In this document: positions 10,599-21,179 of the stretch, piece after piece
Numbering within the stretch: position 1 is the first letter of the stretch
Layout: each line of letters opens with the position of its first letter
Origin: an uncultured Nitrososphaeraceae archaeon
GTDB lineage: Archaea > Thermoproteota > Nitrososphaeria > Nitrososphaerales > Nitrososphaeraceae
Length of the DNA: 64,000 nucleotides
Direction of reading: 5' to 3'
NCBI GenBank assembly: GCA_963779615.1
Contig: CAVZZA010000005.1
Span: 768,001-832,000, forward strand
Program-made: the position numbers and the translations under genes
Notes under the pieces: model-generated
The model's input: the letters and a program-made list of their open reading frames with translations, nothing else
Databases searched by the model: none
What the model was told of the DNA's origin: nothing

Positions 10599-11303
10599 TG
10601 GCAGCATATTCATGCAGGTAAAAACAAAAAAAACCCTAAATAAAAACAGTAAGGCAATAAACGATTTATAATGAAAATCAAGTTTCATGCATAATGAGTT
10701 ATTTTCCGCAGCAGCCACCGGCAATTGATTTTCTTTCTTGTATCACAAAAGCCACAGACAATGCCCTAAAATAAACTGAAATATCAATACATATCAACTA
10801 CTTGGTAAATGAAATGATAATTAAAGTTCAGCACCTGTTGTTTCAAATTTTTGTAGGCACAGATAAAAAAAGACAATGTGCATAGAAAATCCTGATTTTG
10901 CTAAATTGATTTAAAACACAACATTACAAGGATTGTAATTGACAACACACGTGATAGATTTCAAATCAGCTAAAGGCAATAATTTAACGAGTGTTTTTCG
11001 TAAATAACAACCAAGTTGTTTTACATCATCCTAGCAGTCGAATTTGCCATAAAAAACAACAACCTCCACCATCTTATTCACGGGTTACCAATGAGCGGAT
11101 GAAAGAAAGACACGGATGGCAAATTCATTTGTTTGTGGGTATTTAAGGCCAAAATTCTCCAATTTTATAACATCCAATGTATAGCATTGATTTATTTATA
11201 GCATTGTTGTAAATGACATAAAATAAATAAGAGATTCAAACTGCAATACACAGTGTTTTCCGTCTTCAACAGGTCATGGAAAATTCTATCCACATAAAGG
11301 ATT

Positions 11304-12497
11304 ATGTCAAGCACTCAAGAAATTAAAAAAAAATTGGAAAACAGGTGGACTCAATTTCTAAATTCAAACTCATCAAAACTAAGAGTAAAAAATCTTTCCG
11401 GTGCTTCACCACCATCAGTTTTTGTCGGACAGCATGGATATCCAAAAGTGAAGGTCGGGCCAATGACACCGCCGTTGCATGGAGACACCACAATACTTGA
11501 CAGTCCAGAAAAATGGATTGGAAAAAACATCGAGGAAATTGCAAGTTATCGTTTGTCTCTTGTGAGAGGGGTATGCAATGTTAATATAAATACAATCTCT
11601 GAGAGATATGTAGAATCATTGCAAGAATTGGCTATGGCAAATCGCCCGGCTGAAAGTGAGTTATTATTTGATAAAATACCGGCTATAGACATTGAGCAAA
11701 AAAAGAACTTTGGTTTTGATGCAGATTCTGCCCCTTACGGGCTCATCGCGCCATTAAAAACTTTTAAAACATCTTCATCACTTTCGGTAGACAGGAGAAT
11801 AGAAGACGCTTTTTATGATAAGGATATGCTAGCGACACAAGCAGTAGCCAACCTATATCATCAAGGAGTAGAGGTTAGCAAAATTAACCGGATTTTAAGC
11901 ATGGGCATGATTGGACTCCAAAAGAACAGAAAATTGGTTCCAACCAAGTGGAGTATTTCTGCCACCGATGATATAATCTCTTCAGAATTGACAAAGGAGA
12001 TAGAAAGCCATCAATCCATTGATTTTTTTGAGGTCTATCGATACGCTCATCTGGGTAACCATTATTCAATTATTTTGATTCCGTATGATGTTTGGACCTT
12101 TGAGATGCAAGAAGCATGGATTGACGGTAATGGAAATTTGGGAATGGGAACAGATTTTGAGGACTCAATCGGGGGATTGAATCACCACCCATCTATTGCC
12201 GGAGCATACTTTGCAGCAAGACTATCAATATCAGAATACCTATACAAAATAAACAGGAAGGCAGCAGTGTTAGCCTTGAGGGAGATTCATCCCCAATACG
12301 TTATTCCAGTTGGGGTTTGGCAGATAAGGGAGGGAATTAGGGAGGCATTAAGAGGTTTTGGCAGAAGGTTTGAAAATTTTGGGAATGCCCTATCGTTTGC
12401 TTGTAATTTTTTATCCACATCCAAAAATGAATGGATTAAAAATAGTAAAATATACAGCATTGTAAAAGAACAAAAAAAGATATCGGACTATTTTTAG
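11304..12497 (+). CDS. nreA: Nre family PCNA-interacting DNA repair protein
   Basis: GASPPSVFVG..GYPKV.VGP, RKLVPTKWSISATDD, GAYFAARL, PVGVWQIRE; C-terminal PIP box QKKISDYF. Confidence 0.9.
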   Translation: MSSTQEIKKKLENRWTQFLNSNSSKLRVKNLSGASPPSVFVGQHGYPKVKVGPMTPPLHGDTTILDSPEKWIGKNIEEIASYRLSLVRGVCNVNINTISERYVESLQELAMANRPAESELLFDKIPAIDIEQKKNFGFDADSAPYGLIAPLKTFKTSSSLSVDRRIEDAFYDKDMLATQAVANLYHQGVEVSKINRILSMGMIGLQKNRKLVPTKWSISATDDIISSELTKEIESHQSIDFFEVYRYAHLGNHYSIILIPYDVWTFEMQEAWIDGNGNLGMGTDFEDSIGGLNHHPSIAGAYFAARLSISEYLYKINRKAAVLALREIHPQYVIPVGVWQIREGIREALRGFGRRFENFGNALSFACNFLSTSKNEWIKNSKIYSIVKEQKKISDYF

Positions 12498-12670
12498 GCT
12501 TTGGTTGAAAATAAAAAGGGTATTACTTTAACTATTATAAAGTAAAGAATATTCAAAGATAAAGAAACAAGACGTATTGGTTTGGATTGTCACATATTAC
12601 AAATTTCAAATATATAGTTGTTCTTTTGATGCCTTATTCATTTGTTTATTTTTTCCATGTTTTTTTTAGT

Positions 12671-12691
12671 AATGTAATGGCACATTACATT
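12671..12691. promoter_or_regulatory. 9-3-9 inverted repeat upstream of the ADH/ALDH operon
   Basis: aatgtaatg-gca-cattacatt. Confidence 0.4.
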
Positions 12692-12909
12692 GAGAATCAA
12701 CAAGATCCGTTTCAAAAAAAGTGTATGAAAATTTTGGTGCAATGTAAATTTTCATGATTATAAATCATATTTTAAAAAGTTTTAAGGTGATTGGGTATAA
12801 AAATACACAACCGCATTCGATATAACGTTATAGGAAATACAAAAATTATCGGGTGATTTAAAATAACTTTGTTAATAAACTCTATATAATATGGAAAATT
12901 ATCTCCATT

Positions 12910-13971
12910 ATGGAAGCATCAAGAATTATCACGCCAAGGGAGCCTTTAGAGATTAAAGAATTAGAAACCCCAAAACCAATGGGGTCACAAGTTCTTGTTA
13001 AAGTTCAATCATCAGGTGTCTGTCATAGTGATATACATTTATGGGAGGGAGGATATGCAGGCCCGGGTGGAACGTTTCTAAAGACCACAGACAGGGGAGT
13101 CAAATATCCAGTGACACCAGGGCATGAAATCGCAGGGCTGGTAACAGAAATGGGTGATGAGGCCAAGGAAAACTTTAGGCAGGACGAAAAAGTGCTTGTG
13201 TATCCATGGATAGGTGAGGGACTTTGTCCCGCATGCAGAATAGGCGAGGAGAACCTTTGTGATAATCCAAGATCACTTGGGATTTACAGGGATGGGGGAT
13301 ATGCTGAATACGTGCTGGTTCCAAGCTACCGATACCTCCTAAGGCTACCAAATGAAATAGACATGGATGCAGCATCAACTTTATCCTGTTCTGCGCTTAC
13401 GGCGTATGGTGCAGTTAAGAATACAGGAATAAAACCAGATAACAATATAGTGGTTGTTGGAGCAGGCGGGCTGGGCCTGATGGCAATACAGTTGGCCAAG
13501 GCGATATTTGGCGCAAGAATAATTGCGTTAGATTTAGGGGATGAGAAGCTGAAAATAGCAAAGGAGAATGGTGCTGATGAGACAATCAATACAAAGAATG
13601 ATGATAGCTTTATTCAAAGGATAATGGAATTGACCGATAACAAAGGCGCAGATGCAGTAATTGACTTTGTAAACGCCTCAAAAACCGTGGAAGCGGACAT
13701 GCAGTTCTTAAGAAGAAGGGCCAAAGTGGTGTTAGTAGGGCTTTTTGGCGGTGAACTAAAACTAAACCTAGTCTCAATGCCAACAAAGGCGTACAGGATA
13801 ATAGGTTCATATACAGGAACCATACAGGATATGGCTGAATTGGTTTCACTGGCAAATAGAAAGGTAATAAAACCAGTTGTTTCTGACAGGTTCAAATTAA
13901 GTGAGGCCACAGAGGCTTTAACTAAACTAAAAGAGGGAAAAATCATTGGTAGAGGGGTCATAAATCCTTGA
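12910..13971 (+). CDS. Zn-dependent medium-chain alcohol dehydrogenase
   Basis: GVCHSD, PGHE, structural Zn site with E-x-x-C-x-x-C...C, GAGGLG. Confidence 0.92.
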   Translation: MEASRIITPREPLEIKELETPKPMGSQVLVKVQSSGVCHSDIHLWEGGYAGPGGTFLKTTDRGVKYPVTPGHEIAGLVTEMGDEAKENFRQDEKVLVYPWIGEGLCPACRIGEENLCDNPRSLGIYRDGGYAEYVLVPSYRYLLRLPNEIDMDAASTLSCSALTAYGAVKNTGIKPDNNIVVVGAGGLGLMAIQLAKAIFGARIIALDLGDEKLKIAKENGADETINTKNDDSFIQRIMELTDNKGADAVIDFVNASKTVEADMQFLRRRAKVVLVGLFGGELKLNLVSMPTKAYRIIGSYTGTIQDMAELVSLANRKVIKPVVSDRFKLSEATEALTKLKEGKIIGRGVINP

Positions 13972-15377
13972 GCATAAAAACGATAAACCCATCAACAGAG
14001 GAGGTAATTCAAGAATATAATACCGCATCAAAAGACGAAATAAGCCAAAAGACAAAGAAAGCGAAAGACGCATTTGGGCAATGGAAAAAGGACCATAAAA
14101 AGCGAACTGGTTTTCTGTATGCATTTGCTGGCGAGTTTAGAAAAAACAAGGAGAGTTTGGCAAAAATTGCCACCATGGAGATGGGAAAAGCTATCAAGGA
14201 ATCACGAGCAGAGGTAGAAAAATGCATTTGGGCAATGGAATATTTTGCAGATAATGGAAAAATCTTTCTAACAGATGAAATAATAAATACAGAGGCAAGA
14301 AAGAGTACCGTTTCCTTTGAGCCCCTTGGGGTCATAGCAAGCCTCATGCCATGGAACTTTCCGTACTGGCAAGCGTTAAGGTTTGCTGCACCCTCCCTTA
14401 TTGCAGGAAATACAATTATCTTAAAGCCGTCTAGTGTTACGATGCAATGCGGCATCCAGATGGAAAAAATATTTGAAAAGGTAGGCTTGCCAGATGGTGT
14501 ATTTCAAACACTTGTTGCGTCATCCAAAGAAGCGGAATATCTGATAGATTCTGATAACGTTGACGCGGTAACCTTTACAGGGAGTGTTCCGGTTGGGGCC
14601 AAAGTGGCACAAAGGGCAACAGCGCAGCTAAAGAAAACCGTTCTGGAGCTAGGGGGCAGCGATCCATTCATAGTTTGCGAGGATGCGGATATAGAGAAGG
14701 CATCTTCAGGAGCAGTAAAGGGAAGGTTTATCAATTGTGGGCAGAGTTGCATAGCATCCAAACGCTTTATTGTTGTAAAGAAGATCGCAAACGAATTTAT
14801 AGAAAAATTTGTAGAAAAGACCGAAAAACTCAAGGTAGGGGATCCATTGTCTGATGATACCGATGTTGGTCCACTGGTCAACGCCCAAGCTGTAGAGAGC
14901 ATAGAGGGGATTGTCAAGAGGTCAATTAAGGAAGGTGCCCAACTACTTACAGGAGGTCACCGAAAAGATATAAAAATAAACGGCAGCGTAAAAGGGTATT
15001 TCTACAGTCCAACAATTTTTAAAGGTGTTACTCAAGATATGGAATTATCACAGGAGGAGACCTTTGGGCCAATTGCACCCATATTAACCGTAGACGATGA
15101 AGCACAAGCAATAGAAGTAGCAAATAACACAAAGTTTGGGCTTGGAGCGAGTATCTGGACGCAGGATTTGTCAAAGGCAGAAAGATATTCAAGAGCGGTG
15201 GAAGCCGGCATGGTCACGGTAAACAATGTGGTGGTATCAGACCCAAGGGTTCCCTTTGGAGGCATTAAAAACAGTGGCTTTGGCAGAGAATTGTCAGCAT
15301 ATGGCATTTTAGAATTTGTAAACATAAAATCAGTCAGATTCTATGACCAACTGGTACACCAACACTATGTGGAATAG
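13968..15377 (+). CDS. NAD(P)-dependent aldehyde dehydrogenase, succinate-semialdehyde dehydrogenase family
   Basis: MPWNFP, FTGS, LELGGSD, NCGQSC catalytic Cys, EETFGP, PFGGIKNSGFGRE; TTGA start/stop overlap with the ADH. Confidence 0.93.
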   Translation: MSIKTINPSTEEVIQEYNTASKDEISQKTKKAKDAFGQWKKDHKKRTGFLYAFAGEFRKNKESLAKIATMEMGKAIKESRAEVEKCIWAMEYFADNGKIFLTDEIINTEARKSTVSFEPLGVIASLMPWNFPYWQALRFAAPSLIAGNTIILKPSSVTMQCGIQMEKIFEKVGLPDGVFQTLVASSKEAEYLIDSDNVDAVTFTGSVPVGAKVAQRATAQLKKTVLELGGSDPFIVCEDADIEKASSGAVKGRFINCGQSCIASKRFIVVKKIANEFIEKFVEKTEKLKVGDPLSDDTDVGPLVNAQAVESIEGIVKRSIKEGAQLLTGGHRKDIKINGSVKGYFYSPTIFKGVTQDMELSQEETFGPIAPILTVDDEAQAIEVANNTKFGLGASIWTQDLSKAERYSRAVEAGMVTVNNVVVSDPRVPFGGIKNSGFGRELSAYGILEFVNIKSVRFYDQLVHQHYVE

Positions 15378-15537
15378 TAGTTTTTTTCTCATCACACCCC
15401 TTTTTTTCGTTGTTTAAAATAGATTCTATAAACCTTATTTATATAATTTTGACCATATAATTCACTAGTTAATTAGTTTACTCAAATGATTTACTAAAAA
15501 GCAGTAGTATATAATCTATTTTCATCATTGTCATACG

Positions 15538-16242
15538 ATGAATCAACTTTTTAAATTGTTTACGATTTTTCTCCTTACGATAGGATTAGTAATAGTCCCT
15601 GCAATAAGCATTAATCCGATAAGCACTGTAAACGCCCAATCTCAAGCGGCAACACAACAACAAGCATCCTCACCCACATCTTCTCAAAACAGCAGCAAAC
15701 CACAGGTGGGCCAGGTATTTACATTTAATGAAAAAAGCCTTCCACCCAATGATCCTCAAAAATGTGCTGATTTAGCAAGCGTAGTAAAAGGAAAAGCAGT
15801 TCCCGACTATAACTTGTGTGATGTTGTTGTTTATAGACAGGCTCCACCAATCGTTAGACATGACAATCTGGTAATGAATAACTACTCAGGTTTTGGCCAT
15901 TATATCGAGTTTGTACCAGCATCAGTCCTCAATAATACCAGTATGTTTGGCAGCAATAGCTCAAGCAACAACAATGAACCTCTAAAGGCTGCTTTTGGAG
16001 AATTCGCATTAATTGATTCAGAGGTAGTCCCTGTAAGAAATGTAATGGAAAAATACAACTGGACTGAAACAGCATTGCACCACCACATGCTAGGCGAAAC
16101 ACCAAAAGTACTGTTCCTACACTGGGCTGTTACTGGAAATTCCGGTGACATTATCAATCAAGCCAAGGAAATCATGATGCAAACATCCACCTATCAAAAC
16201 CTAACAGGCAATACAAGAACCCCTAGCTCAGCTGGGCCATAA
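15538..16242 (+). CDS. Secreted DUF1259-like protein
   Basis: Signal peptide; GEFALIDSEVVPV, TALHHHML and FLHW motifs. Confidence 0.65.
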   Translation: MNQLFKLFTIFLLTIGLVIVPAISINPISTVNAQSQAATQQQASSPTSSQNSSKPQVGQVFTFNEKSLPPNDPQKCADLASVVKGKAVPDYNLCDVVVYRQAPPIVRHDNLVMNNYSGFGHYIEFVPASVLNNTSMFGSNSSSNNNEPLKAAFGEFALIDSEVVPVRNVMEKYNWTETALHHHMLGETPKVLFLHWAVTGNSGDIINQAKEIMMQTSTYQNLTGNTRTPSSAGP

Positions 16243-16643
16243 ATTTTTTATTTTTTTTTAAGGAAACTTTAACATACACATCATCAGTATCCAATTATTT
16301 GATTTTTTAGTTTCAAAAAACGTGCACTGAATATTGCACCAGGACAAATGCTAAAACAACAGCAGCAGCAATGATAGACTTGTAATCTCTACAAAATTAT
16401 CGAATAAAAAAATTGGGCATACTAACAATTTCTGCATAAAAAAAAGAATGTGTAATTCAGGCCTATGAAAATAAAAAAGATAACATTATAACCATTATTC
16501 AATTCACCCTGTACACTGATCATTATTATTTTATTTTGAACAATCATTATGATGACTTGGGTTTAGGACTTTGATAAAAGATAAAGATATTTTTCGGAAA
16601 AATGGTTAAATACGTCAAAAATTAAGGTTAAGGTTAAGGTCAA

Positions 16644-17042
16644 GTGTTATTGCCCAAATCAATACTGATAATAGATGACGATATGGACATGGTAATTATT
16701 TTCAAGAGTGGTTTTGAAAAAGCTGGTTACAATGCCATTTCCTTTACAGACCCCTTGTTAGCTATTGAACACTTTAAATCAAATCCCACCTTTTACTCGT
16801 TAATTTTAACAGATTTAAGAATGCCGAATAAGTCAGGAATAGAACTTGCCAATGAAATAAGGAAAATAAGCACTACAGTCGATATTTGGCTAACTACCGC
16901 ATTTATGTTAGAAGATTTTAGCAATGATTCAAGGTTTAAGTCTGCAAAAATCAACAGAATCATTGAAAAACCAATCAAAGTGTCAAACCTAATCAAGTTG
17001 ATTAATAACGAAATAGTCTCCACGGTTAAGTCAGGTCAATAG
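16644..17042 (+). CDS. Single-domain response regulator receiver
   Basis: IIDDD, LTDLRMP phospho-acceptor, SGIEL, TAF, EKP. Confidence 0.9.
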   Translation: MLLPKSILIIDDDMDMVIIFKSGFEKAGYNAISFTDPLLAIEHFKSNPTFYSLILTDLRMPNKSGIELANEIRKISTTVDIWLTTAFMLEDFSNDSRFKSAKINRIIEKPIKVSNLIKLINNEIVSTVKSGQ

Positions 17043-17478
17043 GTGGATTAAATTGCCGCTTGACCATCACAAAAAATAGATGATTTTCAAGCAACCAAAT
17101 CCTGTAAAATGCATATAATCATAACAGGCAATCTATAATTTTTTGAATGACTCTAATTGGTGGCAGTCGTGTTTTTTAATTTACCTTCATCCTCCTGCAT
17201 AAAATTTTATTCTGTACAAAAAAACAAAAGGTAATTTTATTCAATAAAAGATTCCAAAGACCAAATAAAGTCCAACTCCTTTTATAATAAAATTACAAGG
17301 TAAAATAAAGATATCACGACGTAAAATTACTAGATTTACCCACAACAAGTAAAAAACACCATATTTTTCATATGATGTGCATGTCATTTTTGGTTTTGTC
17401 CCTGCCAATTGATTTAGTTAAAAGAATCATCAGCCAATGTGACCTGCCGGCTATGATGGCATTATTGGGGAATAATAT

Positions 17479-17507
17479 GTGGTGGTGGTGGTGGTGGTGG
17501 TGGTGGG
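17479..17507. repeat. (GGT)n microsatellite
   Basis: About nine tandem GTG/GGT units. Confidence 0.9.
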
Positions 17508-17677
17508 AATTGTTATTGATGGTGTCCCGCCTGGCGATATGGGATTGTGTCAATGGCGGTGGAGTGGTGACTGGAGTTATTGGTGGTGGCAAATAAGGAG
17601 GGGTGAGGGTATGCTGAAAATGCAAAAGTATAGAAAGAATAATTCATCATTTTGTCGTATCCAAGGTTTATATCCTG

Positions 17678-18526
17678 TTGAACTTTAAAAAGAAAAAAAA
17701 AGGTAACAAGAACAAATTCAGAGGAAAAATCATATTAATAACAGGAGCGTCGTCTGGGATTGGAAGGCAGGCAGCTATTGATTTTGCAGAGCGCGGTGCG
17801 CAAACCATCATACTTGTGGCCCGATCGGAGACAAAACTAAAAGAGCTTGAAAAAGCACTGAGGTCAAACTTTACATCCGAAATAGTAGCATATCCATGCG
17901 ACATATCAAGAAAAGCAGATGTTGCAAAAATGGGAAAAGAATTGCTTGAAAAATTTGGGCACATAGATATTTTGGTAAATAATGCGGGTTTTGGAACATA
18001 CAGTAAAATTCAGAATCAAAGTATTGAAGAAATAGAATCAGTCACATTCACAAACTACTTTGGCATGGTTTATTGTACTAAATCATTTTTGAATTCCATG
18101 ACCTCAAGGAGATCCGGGCACATAGTTAATGTTGCATCGGTTGCCGCAAGTTTTGGAGTCGCTGGACTGGCGGCATACTGTGCCTCAAAATATGCAATGC
18201 TGGGGTTCTCAGAATCAGTATATCAAGAACTGCACGGGACAGGCGTAGGCATAACGGTGGTAAGTCCAATTGGCGTAAAGACAAACTTTTTCAGTAATGA
18301 ATCATTTAGAAACCACATACCAAACTATACAAACTTTATGCTAGAGCCAAAGAAAGTATCGGAGGCCATTCTTGCAGCAGCAAACTCTCCTCGCCTTGAG
18401 ATAATAGTTCCTTTTTACATGAGAGCAGGAGTATGGTTTAAGCACACAATACCATACATCGTCAACCCAATAGTTGGCTTCATTTTTAGAAGACAGCTAA
18501 ATAAATCAAAGAAAACACCACTATAA
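17678..18526 (+). CDS. Short-chain dehydrogenase/reductase
   Basis: TGASSGIG, NNAG, YCASK. Confidence 0.93.
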   Translation: MNFKKKKKGNKNKFRGKIILITGASSGIGRQAAIDFAERGAQTIILVARSETKLKELEKALRSNFTSEIVAYPCDISRKADVAKMGKELLEKFGHIDILVNNAGFGTYSKIQNQSIEEIESVTFTNYFGMVYCTKSFLNSMTSRRSGHIVNVASVAASFGVAGLAAYCASKYAMLGFSESVYQELHGTGVGITVVSPIGVKTNFFSNESFRNHIPNYTNFMLEPKKVSEAILAAANSPRLEIIVPFYMRAGVWFKHTIPYIVNPIVGFIFRRQLNKSKKTPL

Positions 18527-18699
18527 TATCTCAGCCTACATTCATGTTGACTCGAATAGAACACGTAGTTTTGATTATTGGCTTCAATGCTATTCATTGT
18601 TGCATATGCATAAAAAAAAGACAGCCAGTCTTCTTTATGATTATTTTTTGACTTTGGTGCGCATATGCACACACCTTAATAAAAAAGGAATTGAAGGAC

Positions 18700-19716
18700 C
18701 TAATGGTCAGCAAAGTCATTATATAAAACTATACGATAACGCGCTTTACCTGATTCCAGGTGCGCCAAAGCCTCATTAACCTTTGAGAGAGGAAACTCTT
18801 CCGTAACAGGCTCTATGTTATGGCGATTGCAAAAATCAAGCATACTTAAAATCGTTGCTGGCCCCCCGGTTGGTGACCCTCCAATGGATCGCTCGGAAGA
18901 AATCAAAGAAAATACCGTTGCTTTCACTTGAGAGGCTGCTCCAACAATGTGTAGTTTGCCGCCTGGACGAAGCGTGTTGATATAGGCGTCCCAATCCAGG
19001 TCGACGTTTGATGTTACTAACACCATATCAAATTTATTTACAGAAGATTTTAAGGTACCAGGGTTTTGGGTATTTAGGAAATTGTGAGCTCCGAACTGTC
19101 GAGCTTCTTTCTCCTTTTCCGGGTTGGTGGAAAATGCAGTAACCTCGCATCCCCATGAATTTAGAAATTTAATGGCCATGTGCCCAAGACCCCCGATTCC
19201 AACTACCGCCACATGGTCTGTAGGTTTGATGTTATTTTGAATGATCGGGTTAAAAACAGTGATTCCACCACAAAACAAAGGACCGGCAGTTTCGGTATCG
19301 AGATTATCAGGTAATGGAAAGGCCCATAACGCTTGGCAACGCACTTTGTCTGCATAACCCCCATGTCTACCGACAATTACATCCTCCCCTTTCAAACAGC
19401 GATTATGGTGTCCACTCAAGCACTGATCACATATCAAGCAGGATCGAGCTCGCCATCCAAGTCCTACATGTTGTCCAATTTCAAGGTGTTTTACCATAGA
19501 TCCTATTGCAGACACCTTGCCAACAACTTCGTGTCCTGGTACAAATGGGTATTGTGTAAGTCCCCATTCGTTTTTAAGCATATGTAAATCACTGTGGCAT
19601 ACACCGCAATACTCCACATCGATCTCTATTTCATCGGGTTTCAAAGAACCTGGATCATATTCAAATGCTTCAAGTTTTCCACCGGGTTTATGAGACGCAT
19701 AAGCATGAATTGTCAT
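18700..19716 (-). CDS. NADPH-dependent Zn alcohol dehydrogenase / aldehyde reductase (CAD/Ahr-like)
   Basis: Start moved to MTIHAY at 19716; CGVCHSD, PGHEVVG, PLFCGGITV, GIGGLG, ARYRIVL. Confidence 0.9.
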   Translation of the reverse strand: MTIHAYASHKPGGKLEAFEYDPGSLKPDEIEIDVEYCGVCHSDLHMLKNEWGLTQYPFVPGHEVVGKVSAIGSMVKHLEIGQHVGLGWRARSCLICDQCLSGHHNRCLKGEDVIVGRHGGYADKVRCQALWAFPLPDNLDTETAGPLFCGGITVFNPIIQNNIKPTDHVAVVGIGGLGHMAIKFLNSWGCEVTAFSTNPEKEKEARQFGAHNFLNTQNPGTLKSSVNKFDMVLVTSNVDLDWDAYINTLRPGGKLHIVGAASQVKATVFSLISSERSIGGSPTGGPATILSMLDFCNRHNIEPVTEEFPLSKVNEALAHLESGKARYRIVLYNDFADH

Positions 19717-19994
19717 AACAATACACCTCCCCCATCGCATGTATAAATAATTAGTTGTTGCGGTTTTCAGATCTTTCAGATCTGACAAAACCCCCGAATA
19801 GAAAATGACAAGCATGCAAAAGCGGGGTTTGCAAGGATGGATGTAAATGGCGTGTTTGAGGATTTTGATCCTCAGATACGGCTGCAACAATAGATTCATT
19901 GTTGCAGCACTTTTCGGTTGTGTTTTGGTCCATGAGATATCACCCATCTTAAACTTTTTAAGTCAGATGCAGTTTGCTGCGGAGGTGAATCCAG

Positions 19995-20300
19995 TTATGG
20001 GAATATGTCCACAAATGTTTTTATAAATTTTCTTTTAGCCACCTTAAGCGCATTTTCTCCTTTCTCTGTCAAAGTATACACTATGGTTTTTCCCTCTTTT
20101 TCCTCAACAATAAACCCCATCTCACGCAGGCCCTTTAATGCGGGATATATTGTTCCTGGACTTGGTTTTTTTTCCCCTTTTCTGGTGGCTATCTCATGGG
20201 CCAATTCTTGTCCGTGCATGGGTTTTTTTGACAACAAAAAAAGAATTAGAAAGCCCAGCATTCCCCTCATATCGCAACAGTCCCCTTCACTTTCCCGCAT
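19995..20300 (-). CDS. PadR family transcriptional regulator
   Basis: Probable start MRESEGDCCDMRG; HGQEL, SPGTIYPAL, YTLTEKG. Confidence 0.9.
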   Translation of the reverse strand: MRESEGDCCDMRGMLGFLILFLLSKKPMHGQELAHEIATRKGEKKPSPGTIYPALKGLREMGFIVEEKEGKTIVYTLTEKGENALKVAKRKFIKTFVDIFP

Positions 20301-20321
20301 ATAATATATATGATATTGGGT

Positions 20322-20363
20322 ATACGATATATATAAATACACCTTGTTTGTTATATATCGTAT
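20322..20363. promoter_or_regulatory. 12-bp perfect inverted repeat in the padR / small-protein divergent promoter
   Basis: atacgatatata-N18-tatatatcgtat overlapping TATA-like runs. Confidence 0.6.
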
Positions 20364-20393
20364 GTCCGATGGATGGATGAGGAGGTGAAAAAC

Positions 20394-20561
20394 ATGGGAT
20401 GTGGTTGCAGTTATGGTGAAAGTGGATTCAGCACTCAAAGGGCAAGAAGTTTTCTCACCAGAGAAGAAAAAGTAGAACTTTTGAGTGAGTACAAAAATGA
20501 TCTTGAGAGAGAGGCTAAAGGAGTTTCAGAAAGAATCAAAGAGCTAGAGGTGAAAAGCTAG
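20394..20561 (+). CDS. Small coiled-coil protein, DUF5320-like
   Basis: MGCGC...RSFLTREEKVELLSEYKNDLEREAKGVSERIKEL. Confidence 0.75.
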   Translation: MGCGCSYGESGFSTQRARSFLTREEKVELLSEYKNDLEREAKGVSERIKELEVKS

Positions 20562-20609
20562 TTCTTTTTCTTTCCCTCTTTTTCTTCACTTTTCTATATT
20601 TGTTTGTTT

Positions 20610-21179
20610 TTAAACTGCTATTTTCAAATATTTAGACAATATACTCCATGATAGCCATGGTATCAGAGCCTTTGTAAAATAACACACACCATCATCGCCG
20701 GCAGTCTTTGAATTTATCTCAGGATTGCAGCAGGCGTTTCACTACGTCTTTTTCCAACCATTGTTGAGGCATCATTGCCTGTCCAAAGATGCACATGTTG
20801 ACTGCCCATGCTTTTTAATCCCTGTTTCAATGTTGATTGAAGATTCGTTGGGAGGCACCATGGTAAAGGACATCTGGGGGTTTATTGAGTTCCTTTTTTT
20901 ACTGCTGTTGGATGGCCGTGTAACGCCCTTATTCCATCATCTTTTGTCTCAAATCGGATTTTTTGTTGATTTGCAATCAACCCATACGTTATCTTTCTTT
21001 ACGCCAATTGTATTGCCGTATTTGCCTACATAATACAAAATGTTGACTATCTCTGCCCACCTTTCTTCATCCAAATCCACATAATAACAATATGGGTTAT
21101 GCCGGAGAACACATGCCATGTTTACTCCACCGGATGCTTTGTTACCGGGTTCGCTTCTCAAAACAACATCGCATGGCAT
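20610..21179 (-). pseudogene. kptA: RNA 2'-phosphotransferase (KptA/Tpt1) pseudogene
   Basis: Read across frameshifts: VLRHNP..LDEERWAEI / KIRFETKDDGIRALHGH / PPDVLYHG / GLKSMGSQHVHL / VGKRR / FYKG. Confidence 0.8.

Noticed and set aside
17368-17688. Poly-His, poly-Trp and poly-Val ORFs
   Set aside because: Artefacts of the (GGT)n microsatellite read in different frames
19717-19947. N-terminal extension of the ADH ORF
   Set aside because: Family similarity begins at MTIHAY and a tttata box lies just upstream of that start
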